Below, one piece after another: positions 21,910 to 31,597 of a stretch of DNA of 64,000 nt; the stretch's first letter is position 1; every line of letters starts with the position of its first letter. Location of the stretch: the NCBI GenBank assembly GCA_000004985.1, contig GG738902.1; one strand, written 5' to 3'. A program made the position numbers and the translations under genes. The notes beneath the pieces are model-generated. The model was not told where the DNA came from. It did no database searches and worked only from the letters and a program-made list of their open reading frames with translations. This stretch comes from Naegleria gruberi (lineage: Eukaryota).

Positions 21910-22791
21910 TTATTCAGTCTTCTTTACATCAGTCTTCTTCCTCTTATAACTTTGAATATAAAAGTTCAAGAACAAGGCCAAGAAGGCAGCAACAGTCAAG
22001 TCAACCAAGAAGAATGGATAATAATTACCAGCACAAGTTTGGTTATCTCCATACTTGAACCACAACCAAACCTTTGGAACAACCAAATCAAAAACAAATT
22101 GAATAATTTGCATTCTGGTAATCCATGGCTTGATAACATTCAAACAACCTGGAGTAAAGATTGGAGAATTCTTAACAGTACAAACATAAAAGTAGAAATA
22201 CATGATAACGTGAACACCAGCATTCAAAGTTGAAGGGAACCACATCATTTGTGACTTTTCCAAAATGACATACCAACACAATAATAAGGTAATCATGTGA
22301 TGGAAGGTATGCAAGAAAGTCAAACTCTTACACTTGATCATTAAAAAGACAGTATCTAACAATTCATAATATTTGGACAAGTAGAAAATGTACAACCAGA
22401 AAGGAACTGCACCCTTTCCCATTCTATTAGGAACATCACAAGTTAAGGCAGAGAGTTTTTCCATAAAGCTAGCTTCTGGAATTTCATTAACAACTTCAAC
22501 AGCTTCACCAACAAATCCCAAAACCATGATCAAACTCAACACACTGAGGAAAATATTGTGGAATTTAATGAACATTTCCAAGAGTGGATGTTTCATTGGT
22601 GTATTATTTCTAACCTTTTTCATATACAGTGGAAGTAAATAAAGAGACAATCCATAACCAACAACAGCTGTTGCTGGATAGATCCAGTGAGATATTGGTG
22701 CTTCATTGTAAATGTACTTGAAATCGTGAATGTACTGGGACATTCCTTCACCATTAGGAATGAATTGTAAAAGTCTATCGATGAACACCAT
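21910..22791 (-). CDS. ELO-family fatty-acid elongase
   Basis: Multi-pass membrane ORF with the histidine box LTFLHTFHHMITLL and NAGVHVIMYFYFY. The ORF-track start at 22896 is TTG. The first ATG is at 22791 (MVFIDRLLQ). Confidence 0.85.
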   Translation of the reverse strand: MVFIDRLLQFIPNGEGMSQYIHDFKYIYNEAPISHWIYPATAVVGYGLSLYLLPLYMKKVRNNTPMKHPLLEMFIKFHNIFLSVLSLIMVLGFVGEAVEVVNEIPEASFMEKLSALTCDVPNRMGKGAVPFWLYIFYLSKYYELLDTVFLMIKCKSLTFLHTFHHMITLLLCWYVILEKSQMMWFPSTLNAGVHVIMYFYFYVCTVKNSPIFTPGCLNVIKPWITRMQIIQFVFDLVVPKVWLWFKYGDNQTCAGNYYPFFLVDLTVAAFLALFLNFYIQSYKRKKTDVKKTE

Positions 22792-23949
22792 ACTGATTCG
22801 AGATGATGATGAATATAAGAGTGGGTGTTGAGTGTGTTGGTTTTTTTCAAAAGTTTGAGCATACAGTCTTTGCACCAACCAGCCTTTATGGTTCAAACAA
22901 CAACAAGATCATCTTCACAGCCTCATTGGAAATTTTCAATAATTGAAACATCATCAACAAGGTGATGCTTGAAGCTGTTGTTTTTTGATTTTTACTCCAA
23001 CAACGGATCCTACAAATTGAAAAGTCCAAAATTGTGCGGTATGAAGCAATTTGTGTTATTAGGAAGTAAATAATATTGATAAGGTGGACGAGAATGGTGG
23101 AGGATCATTGATTGAGGATTATATGATGATTATTTTAATAATTAATATTGATCATCTTGTGTTGAATATTAATGTCGATTTTGTTGAGGTCTGAAGCCTA
23201 ATTGAACCGTAATTAAAATGGATGTTCACCACGCCTGTTGCCGATCCGATTTGTAATACTAGACAAACTCTTATTAAATAAATAGGCATGACCATCATCA
23301 ATGCACAATAATAATTTAATATACGATCGTCATGATGATGATGATGCAACTTTAACGTTGATGATGATGAGCATGGAAGGATGAAAGTTCTCCTGACGCG
23401 TGAATTTCAAAATGTGTATTTACTTTTGAAACTTCGTTAATAATAATAACAGAGAATTAAATAGTGGAATATCAACGGTACTATTATAATCTGTTATTGA
23501 TAATTTATTGTAAGGAAATTGAATTCAAATTGTAAGGTGGAGCAAATTTTCACACAGTACCAACTTGCTTCCATTATCGGTCTATTTTGATTTTGTCCGT
23601 TAGAGTGAAATTCCACCATTTGGAAAATTTTATTATTTGGGATTGTGAAATTTGACAGTGGTCACAGACCTTTTTTGTGGTTGTATAATAACTAGTAATT
23701 TACAGTAATGATAAGGTTGTTTGACTTTGAGGTGGAGTAAGGATGTCCTTCATGAGTGTCCTTACTTGTCGAACAAGGCATTTCGGTCACAAATGATTTT
23801 CAATACCAAGACTGCAAATATTACTTGTGAAAATAAGAAAAGGTGATAGATGTGTTTAGCCTAAAGGTTTAGGTCTGAAAACAGATTAGGATAATTTTCT
23901 TCAATTCGAATTAAAAAAATACCATTGAGATTGACCATCAAACGTCAAT

Positions 23950-25269
23950 ATGACTGAACAACAAACAGTGTTAATTGATGATCTTCAATTAATTTCAAAT
24001 CAATTTCCATGTGGTGATATTCTTTGGGAAATTTTATCATTTTGTAATGATTTTACATTTATTGTAATGAATTGTGCACTAGTTTCCAAACAGTGGTACC
24101 ATGTCATTTTGGAAAGATGTAAACTCTCATTAACCTGCAATTCGGATCAGAAATTGAAGGGAAAATTTCTTGAAAGAGTTTCAAATTTCACAGTTAAAAA
24201 GAATGAAGAAGGAAATTTGTTTAATTGTCAAATTTTTGAATGTTTGAAGAATTTGACAAGAATTGATATCAGTGATAATGAAATTAGCGATGAAAGGGTT
24301 AAGCATTTTGGTAATTTGACTCATTTGACAAATCTTGTAATTAATTGTAACGACATTGGTGTAGAGGGAGCTAAATGTCTTTGTCAACTGAATCAATTAA
24401 CAAGGCTTAATATTGGAAACAACAGTCTTGAGACTGAAGGTGCTAAATACATTAGTGAACTGAAGAATTTGACCAAACTTGATATCGCTCGCAACTGTAT
24501 TGGTGATAGAGGTGCTCAATTTATTACTGAAATGAAACAACTGACTTCTCTAAACCTTAACAGGAATGGAATTGAATATTTAGGAGCAAAATTTATTAGT
24601 GAAATGTATCAATTAACGAGTCTTGATATCAGTAACAATGACATTGGTTCTGAAGGAGCTAAACAAATTAGCAAACTCGACCAATTGACCAAACTATATA
24701 TTTACGATAATAATATTGGTGATGAAGGAGCTATGCACATTAGCGAAATGAAACAACTAACTAATCTCGATATTAGCAGGAATGATATTGACTCAGAAGG
24801 TGCCAAATCCATATGTGAACTCTATCAATTAACAAATCTCAATATTTGTTCGAATTACATTGGTGAAACAGGTGCCAAGCATATCAGTGAAATGAATAAT
24901 TTGACCATTCTTGAAATTGGCAGTAATGAAATTGGATCTGAAGGAGCGTATCATATCAGCAGAATGCACCAATTGACTAGGCTCATGATTTTTGCTAATG
25001 ATATTGGAGAAAAAGGGGCCAAACATGTTTCTGAGATGAAACAATTAACTAAACTCGATATTTATGATAATAATATTGGTGATGAGGGAACTATACACAT
25101 TAGCGAAATGAAACAATTAACCTACCTCGATGTTTCAGCCAATAATATTGGTCACGAAGGTGCTGAATATATTAGGAAATTGAATCGATTGACATTTCTT
25201 AATGTTCACTATAATTCATTCAGTGATAGTGAATCAGAACTTATAGAAAAGGAGTTAATGAAGGATTAA
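23950..25269 (+). CDS. F-box-like / RNI-type leucine-rich-repeat protein
   Basis: The N-terminus ILWEILSFCNDFTFIVMNCALVSKQWYHVI is F-box-like. About 13 24-residue repeats follow (L(T/N)xLDIsxNxIGxEGAKxISEMKQ), visible as a 72-nt period in the DNA. Confidence 0.8.
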   Translation: MTEQQTVLIDDLQLISNQFPCGDILWEILSFCNDFTFIVMNCALVSKQWYHVILERCKLSLTCNSDQKLKGKFLERVSNFTVKKNEEGNLFNCQIFECLKNLTRIDISDNEISDERVKHFGNLTHLTNLVINCNDIGVEGAKCLCQLNQLTRLNIGNNSLETEGAKYISELKNLTKLDIARNCIGDRGAQFITEMKQLTSLNLNRNGIEYLGAKFISEMYQLTSLDISNNDIGSEGAKQISKLDQLTKLYIYDNNIGDEGAMHISEMKQLTNLDISRNDIDSEGAKSICELYQLTNLNICSNYIGETGAKHISEMNNLTILEIGSNEIGSEGAYHISRMHQLTRLMIFANDIGEKGAKHVSEMKQLTKLDIYDNNIGDEGTIHISEMKQLTYLDVSANNIGHEGAEYIRKLNRLTFLNVHYNSFSDSESELIEKELMKD

Positions 25270-25485
25270 CATGAATAAAAATTACTAATCTTAATTATTT
25301 ACGGTAATATTGAACAAAGATTGTAAAAGTGTTGTTTAATGTAATTGGAAGGAATGTGGAATTTGAGACGGATTAAGGATAACACCCAAGTCGAAAGTGG
25401 TCGCATTCTTTTCCTTTCACTGAAATTCTTGTTGTCAACTTTTACTGACAAGTGACAGCAACATAATTAAAAAAAATAGCAATAA

Positions 25486-26568
25486 ATGAACAATTACGAT
25501 GTAAGTTTCGTCTACCAACCATCTCATCATCCAACATGATTTCATCATCTCATCCACAGTTCGATTCCATCAACAAGGAAAGCAAAAAACAAGTGTAAGT
25601 TCAAATTTGAATCACAAGTCCAATATAATGTTGAAATAATATTCACAAACAGTGCTTGTCGTATCGTTGTCGGTGTTTGCATCCTTGGTTGCTGTATCTT
25701 TGCTGTCATTGCTGCTGTCGTCTTGGCTGCAGTCTTCTTCCCAAGAAGTCCAAATATTGTTAGTCAGTATGTATATATATATTAGAATCATTCATCATTC
25801 TCATCATCATATTTTGTTGTTGATTGGAATATCATCATCTTTATCGGAATGATATTAGACAATTGTATTTTACTCAATTTTCAGTGGATTTTTGTCCTGC
25901 TCAAAGTAAGAGCAATAATTCGGCATGTTGTGTTGGAAGTTCGTGTACCTTTTCCTATAATAATGCAACATTGGGTATTGCTTCGTATTTTGTGGTGCGA
26001 GCTACGAATGGTAACTTGTTTAATATATCATTGAATGCGTAGGTTTTATGATAATTTGATGATGAAATATTAATTCTTGATGGATGATGATGGTGTGGAT
26101 TTTATGTATTGATGTGATAATTGATGATTTTAGAGTCAAGATTGAAATCATGTATGGATCGGAAGTGATCGGTTCGAGTGCTTCGGAGAGTTATCCTGTT
26201 GGTCCACAAACTACTCAAGGTTTGTACTCATTGAAAATTACTTTATTCCTTAATTAATTAATTAATTCAATTTAAATTTAATAATTTTATTTGAAAATAC
26301 AAATAATAATGTGGAATGAAATGTAGATGTTAATGTACCAATTATATGGAAATCTTCTCTGAGTAGTAATGTAATGAAATCAATCATGTGCCAACTCACA
26401 GGTAATAACAATGCCTTACCTTATACATTCACGTTAAGTATGGGTTCAGTGACTTACTTCCTCAATACATTTGCATTCTCAAGTCAAACAGCAAGTCTTC
26501 AAGCTTCCATAGATGTTTGCTCATCCAATTGTAAAGTACAATACTACTCTTCAATGTGTCCAACCTAA
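25486..26568 (+). CDS. Six-exon gene for a type-II membrane protein resembling the LEA_2 / NDR1-HIN1-like family (not evident from the ORF track)
   Basis: Exons: 25486..25500, 25560..25594, 25653..25766, 25859..26038, 26134..26219, 26327..26568. The total is 672 nt, or 223 codons plus stop. Donors are GTAAGT, GTAAGT, GTATGT, GTAGGT and GTTTGT; all acceptors are AG. The product has the TM helix ACRIVVGVCILGCCIFAVIAAVVLAAVFFPRSPNIV. It continues QLYFTQFSVD...FVVRATNGNLFNISLNAVKIEIMYGSEVIGS. An alternative start at ATG 25536 (intron 1 retained) is also in frame. Confidence 0.55.
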
Positions 26569-26986
26569 TGATATAGTCATTCACATGTGGACATGAAATT
26601 TAATAAAAATTCAAGAAAACAATCTTTTTCTCAATGTTGGAATACATGAAAATTAAGAACTTGTAAGTCCCAATTAATGTAAATTCCTTGTCTGATTTGG
26701 CGAGATATGTTACAATGGAAAAATTCATTAAAATTCATCTGCGTCTCACTTTACTGGTCAGAACTTCTCCCGCCAAATCGTAAACGAGTAACCAATCATA
26801 ACTGTTACGCTTGAAAAATTTACTTTAGAAAAAAAAAACTCAATTCTCTCCCCTCTACACTCTTTCAGTTGTTGTTGCAACAAATTTTTATCGTAGTGAG
26901 GGTTTTTATATATTTTGTATAGTTCATCATCCAAATCCAAATCATCATCAACCACCTTACTTACTATATTATTTATTAAATCGAGA

Positions 26987-29900
26987 ATGGGTTGCGGAAA
27001 TTCAAAATCAACACTCGGTGTAGTTGAGACCGTCGAAGAAAAACCAAAACAACAAGCCACTGTCAATAACACCACTAATACTACCACTGCTGTCATGACA
27101 GGAACACTTGAACCAGAGGCACCAAAGAAGAAGGATGGTTTCTGTTACTTCTTTGGTCTTGACAGTCAAACTAAGGAAAACCTCACTGAAGGGAATAAGG
27201 ATATGAAGGAACTACTTGGAGGAAAAGGTGCTAACTTGTGCGAAATGTGCAATTTAGGTATTAATGTTCCTCCTGGATTTACTGTTTCTACAGAAGCCTG
27301 TGAACACTTTAGCCAGCTTCATAACCTTGCTACTTCAGCAGGAGAAGAAGGAGCTGAAAAAAAGAATCTCACTTTACCAGAAAACATTCAAACACAAGTC
27401 GACGAATATCTCAAAAAATTGGAACAAGCAACTGGAAAGAAATTTACCGATTCATATGAAAATGATACAGATAAGGTTCTCTTAATTTCTGTGAGATCAG
27501 GAGCTGCCATTTCAATGCCTGGAATGATGGACACTATTCTTAACCTTGGTATTTGTGACAAGAATATTACTCAACTCGTTAAAAACTTTGGTGGAAATGA
27601 AAAATTCGCTTGGGATTCATATCGTAGTCTCGTTCAAATGTTCGGTGAAGTTGTCATGTCAGTCAAGCCAGAACATTTCGAAGACAATATCAAAAAGCAA
27701 AAGGAAAAGAGAGGTATTACTCATGATTCTGAATTGAATTTGGAAGAAATTCAACAAATCGTTCAAGATCACAAACTTACTATTTTCGAACAAACTGGAG
27801 GTGAAGACTTCCCACAAGATGTTCGTCAACAATTGTACAGAGCTATTATTGCTGTCTTTAACTCATGGCACAATAAGCGTGCTGTGCAATATAGAAAGAT
27901 TCACAACATTACTGGTCTTAAGGGAACTGCTGTAAATATTCAATCCATGGTCTTTGGTAATGTTGATGAACGTTCATGTTCTGGTGTCTGTTTCAGTAGA
28001 AATCCTTCAACAGGTGAAAATCTATTCTATGGTGAATATATGATTCAAGCACAAGGTGAAGCTATTGTTGCTGGTCAAAGAACTCCAGAAAAGATTGAAA
28101 CCTTGGCTACTAACTTCCCAGAATGTAACACTAGTTTGAAGGAAATCAGTACCAAATTGGAAAAGCACTTTAAGGATGTCCAAGATATGGAATTCACAAT
28201 TGAACAAAATACTCTCTATATGTTGCAATGCAGAAATGGTAAAAAGACAATTCAAGCTTCTCTCAAGATTTACTGTGACATGATAGATGAAGGTCTTATC
28301 AATGAAAGAGAAGCCATCTCAAAGATTGATGCTACTCAACTCAACCAAATGCTCCATCCATTCTTGGATGATTCTGAAAAGGCTCATCACGAACCTTTGG
28401 CAACTGGTTTACCAGCAAGTCCTGGTGCTGTAGTTGGTAGAATTGCTTTCACCAGTGAACAAGCCATTAAAATGTCTGAAACCAGAAAGGAAGATGGTGA
28501 TGTCATCTTGGTCAGAGAACAAACAAGCACTGAAGATTTGGCTGGTATGCATGCTTCTCAAGGTTTCTTGACTACTAATGGTGGTCTTACTTCTCATGCT
28601 GCTGTTGTTTCTCGTCAACAAGGTAAATGCTGTGTAAGTGGATGTAGCTTGCTTTATGTCACTAGTGAAGAATCTTGTACAATTAATGGAACCCTCTTTA
28701 ATCAAGGTGATATTATTACTATTGATGGTTCAACTGGTAATGTCTACGGTAAGGCTCTCAAGACAACTAGACCAGGTATTTCTCAACCTGACTTTGTCAG
28801 AATTATGGATATTGAAAAGAAGTACAGAACTATGAGTGTCTATGCTAACGCTGATACATCTGTCGATGCTCATAAGGCTGTTGAATTCGGTGCTGAAGGT
28901 ATTGGATTGTGTAGAACTGAGCACATGTTCTTTGAAAAGACAAGAATAGTTGACATGAGAAGAATGATTGTTGCCTCCACCACAGAAAAGAGACAAGAAG
29001 CTATTAATGTTCTCAAAGATTATCAACGTTCTGATTTCCTTTCCCTCTTCCATGCTATGGAAGGAAAGAAGGTCACTATTAGATTGTTAGATCCTCCACT
29101 TCACGAATTTTTACCAGAAGATCCACAAGAAATTGAAGAATTGGCTTTGGCTCTTGGTGAATCTGTTAAGGATGTTACCCTTACTGTCTCTCAACTCAAG
29201 GAAAAGAATCCAATGTTGGGTCATCGTGGTTGTAGATTGGGTATTACCTTCCCCGAGATTACTCAAATGCAAGTTGAAGCCATTTTTGAAGCTGCTATTG
29301 ATGCTACTCATAAGGGCGAAGTTGTTGTTGATATTATGGTTCCATTAGTTCAATCTGTTCAAGAACTTGTCAACCAAAAGGAAATTATTGAAAAAGTTGC
29401 TTCATCATTGTTTGCCAAGCATGAAGACAGAAAATATCTCATTCATTACAGAGTTGGTTGTATGATTGAAACTCCAAGAGCTGTTTTGATGGCTAAAGAA
29501 CTTGCTGGTGTTGCTGATTTCTTCAGTATTGGAAGTAATGACTTGACTCAAATGACCTTTGGTTTCAGTAGAGACGACAGTGGTAAATTCCTTAAATATT
29601 ATCTCGAACGTGACTTGATTGAAAATGATCCATTCGAAGTTTTGGATACAGAAGGTGTTGGAAAGATTATTCAACTCACTGTCCAAACTGGTAGAGAAGC
29701 AAAGAATGGTTTGACTGTTGGTTTGTGCGGTGAACATGGTGGTGAATCTCACTCTGTTAAATTCTTGTACCAATGCGGTCTTTCATATGTCAGTTGTTCA
29801 CCTTATAGAATTCCAATCGCTAGACTTTCTGCTGCTCAAGAATCTGTCAAGAATTGGAGAAATGTTATTTGTGTTAATGGTGGTCCAGGATCAGGAAAGG

Positions 29901-30412
29901 GCACACAATGTGCCAAACTTGTTGAAAAGTATGGTTTTATCCATTATAGTACAGGTGATTTGTTGAGAGCTGAAGCTGCTAAGGATACAGAACAGGGTAG
30001 AATGATCTCGTCATACATTAAGGAAGGTAAGATTGTGCCTGGTGCTGTTACTCTTGGTTTGTTAAGAAATGCTATTTTGAACCATCCTAAAAAGGATGCT
30101 ACGTTCTTGATCGATGGCTTCCCAAGAGAAATGCAACAAGCTGTTGACTTTGAAGCTCATGTCTGTAAATTCAAGTTTGTCCTCTTCTTTGATTGTCCAG
30201 AAGAAATTTTGGAACAAAGATTGTTAGAAAGAGGTAAGACGAGTGGTAGATCTGATGACAATGCCGAAAGTATTAAGAAGAGATTCAAGACCTATAGCGA
30301 CCAAACAATGCCAGTTATTGGATACTTTAAGAAGACTGATAGAGTCAAGACAATTGATAGTTCAAAGACACAAGAAGAAGTGTTTGCTGAAGTATGCAAA
30401 TTATTTGATTAA
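26987..30412 (+). CDS. PPDK: Pyruvate phosphate dikinase fused at its C-terminus to an adenylate/UMP-CMP-type nucleoside-monophosphate kinase domain
   Basis: One uninterrupted ORF. The ORF-track start at 26915 is TTG; ATG 26987 gives MGCGNSKS. PPDK motifs are GGKGANLCEM, the catalytic-His loop GGLTSHAAVVSRQQGKCCVSG (about 28579-28640), GLCRTEHMF, IGSNDLTQ and GLCGEHGG...SCSPYRIPIARLSAAQ. From about 29861 comes the NMP-kinase domain: VNGGPGSGKGTQC, GDLLRAE, LIDGFPRE, FFDCPEE and GRSDDNAESIKKRF. Confidence 0.9.
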   Translation: MGCGNSKSTLGVVETVEEKPKQQATVNNTTNTTTAVMTGTLEPEAPKKKDGFCYFFGLDSQTKENLTEGNKDMKELLGGKGANLCEMCNLGINVPPGFTVSTEACEHFSQLHNLATSAGEEGAEKKNLTLPENIQTQVDEYLKKLEQATGKKFTDSYENDTDKVLLISVRSGAAISMPGMMDTILNLGICDKNITQLVKNFGGNEKFAWDSYRSLVQMFGEVVMSVKPEHFEDNIKKQKEKRGITHDSELNLEEIQQIVQDHKLTIFEQTGGEDFPQDVRQQLYRAIIAVFNSWHNKRAVQYRKIHNITGLKGTAVNIQSMVFGNVDERSCSGVCFSRNPSTGENLFYGEYMIQAQGEAIVAGQRTPEKIETLATNFPECNTSLKEISTKLEKHFKDVQDMEFTIEQNTLYMLQCRNGKKTIQASLKIYCDMIDEGLINEREAISKIDATQLNQMLHPFLDDSEKAHHEPLATGLPASPGAVVGRIAFTSEQAIKMSETRKEDGDVILVREQTSTEDLAGMHASQGFLTTNGGLTSHAAVVSRQQGKCCVSGCSLLYVTSEESCTINGTLFNQGDIITIDGSTGNVYGKALKTTRPGISQPDFVRIMDIEKKYRTMSVYANADTSVDAHKAVEFGAEGIGLCRTEHMFFEKTRIVDMRRMIVASTTEKRQEAINVLKDYQRSDFLSLFHAMEGKKVTIRLLDPPLHEFLPEDPQEIEELALALGESVKDVTLTVSQLKEKNPMLGHRGCRLGITFPEITQMQVEAIFEAAIDATHKGEVVVDIMVPLVQSVQELVNQKEIIEKVASSLFAKHEDRKYLIHYRVGCMIETPRAVLMAKELAGVADFFSIGSNDLTQMTFGFSRDDSGKFLKYYLERDLIENDPFEVLDTEGVGKIIQLTVQTGREAKNGLTVGLCGEHGGESHSVKFLYQCGLSYVSCSPYRIPIARLSAAQESVKNWRNVICVNGGPGSGKGTQCAKLVEKYGFIHYSTGDLLRAEAAKDTEQGRMISSYIKEGKIVPGAVTLGLLRNAILNHPKKDATFLIDGFPREMQQAVDFEAHVCKFKFVLFFDCPEEILEQRLLERGKTSGRSDDNAESIKKRFKTYSDQTMPVIGYFKKTDRVKTIDSSKTQEEVFAEVCKLFD

Positions 30413-30435
30413 ATGTAAATAAATATATAAATATT

Positions 30436-31311
30436 CTAATTTCCATACGTCTCTGCAAACTTTTGAAGTAAATATTGGTAAGCTGTTTTGTTAACAGATT
30501 CAATAAAAAACTCCTTGTCTGGTTGTCCAAAGAATGCAATACTATACCTATCTGATTCATAATTAGACAGGACAACTTGATGAGGAACACTCTTATATTC
30601 TTGATCAGTCCATTCTTGCATCAAATCTCCACAATTTACAATAATGGCATCTTTAACACAAGGTGCATCAATCATTTCATTAGTGATTCGGTCCAAAACT
30701 TTCAAACCACCTGTACTATCCTGACATAACAATGTTATTGAACCATAGTCAGAGTGAATTCCACATCCATTACTAAATTTTGGAGCACTTGAATCAAGTT
30801 TAGGATAATGTAAATATCTCAAACTATGTTCCATTTCAGAGTGAGCCAGAGCAAAATCATCCGTTTGTTTACTCAATCCTCTCTGTAAATCACCCAATAA
30901 TTCAATCAATAGACCATGCAATTCCAAGAATAGTTTCTTTGAAAATTCCTCAAATCCCTTAACAGAACCATGTTCATCTTCATTAGGAAAATAAACTTTT
31001 CCATAATCTACATCCGACTTGGACATTCGAACATTGTAAGCCTCCTTCAGATCAATGTCCTTTCCATTTAATTTCTCACTATTCGTACTAATGTAACCAC
31101 TTTCTCCCTTCACTGTATGAAGTTCTTGTTTCACTTGTTTCGGCAATTCAAAAAACAGTTTTGAAAATTCAAAAGCTTGATCAATTAATGGAATTAATGG
31201 ATGATCAACAAGATAGAAAAATCCGATACTGTTCAGGGCATGTTTAATTTCGTCCAATCTCGTGTCGCTGTTGTATGAAATGATGGGAATTAAAGTTTCG
31301 TTTGGTTTCAT
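30436..31311 (-). CDS. 2-oxoglutarate/Fe(II)-dependent oxygenase (isopenicillin-N-synthase-like)
   Basis: Iron triad and 2OG site: GIHSDYGSITLL (H-x-D), SVPHQVV (distal His), RYSIAFF (R-x-S). The N-terminal DIOX_N-like region reads IPIISY...IGFFYLVDH. The ORF-track start is GTG. ATG 31311 follows an A7 run. Confidence 0.85.
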   Translation of the reverse strand: MKPNETLIPIISYNSDTRLDEIKHALNSIGFFYLVDHPLIPLIDQAFEFSKLFFELPKQVKQELHTVKGESGYISTNSEKLNGKDIDLKEAYNVRMSKSDVDYGKVYFPNEDEHGSVKGFEEFSKKLFLELHGLLIELLGDLQRGLSKQTDDFALAHSEMEHSLRYLHYPKLDSSAPKFSNGCGIHSDYGSITLLCQDSTGGLKVLDRITNEMIDAPCVKDAIIVNCGDLMQEWTDQEYKSVPHQVVLSNYESDRYSIAFFGQPDKEFFIESVNKTAYQYLLQKFAETYGN

Positions 31312-31597
31312 TTTTTTGAGTTTCGTAAGGTAGGTACTTTCCCAAGTCCACACATAACTTGGTTAAAATTCACAGATTTCTTCAATAAATCTTTATTAGA
31401 AAGTTCCTTTCCTCAACATTTTCATCCAATTATTGAAGGGAAGATTTGGCGCCAAAAAATTTCCGGATATTGTAAACTGGTTCTGCTGGTTGCAAAGCAT
31501 TTTTCCAGCAAAACAAAAGTTTGTGTTTTCTACCAACTGACAAACCTATTTAAGACGAAACCAATTCGAAACACCACTAAACAAAAACAACAAAAAA

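Noticed and set aside
23152-23349. The His-run ORF and similar 60-70-codon ORFs in intergenic spacers (16212..16403, 5648..5842, 51820..52095)
   Set aside because: They are chance ORFs in AT-rich spacers. Their starts lack the A-tract context and they have no motifs.
25763-25884. Alternative intron 3 for the LEA_2-like gene, using donor GTCAGT at 25763 and the stronger-looking acceptor TTTTCAG ending at 25884
   Set aside because: It also keeps frame, but it needs a weak donor and deletes the QLYFTQFS strand expected after the TM helix. I kept it only as an alternative to test with RNA-seq.
27264-29966. Multiple short sense and antisense ORFs inside the PPDK gene (for example 28022..28255, 28409..28705, 28730..29053, 29405..29773); also 26758..27096 overlapping its 5' end
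   Set aside because: They overlap a strongly conserved long ORF, have no motifs and are of a length expected by chance.
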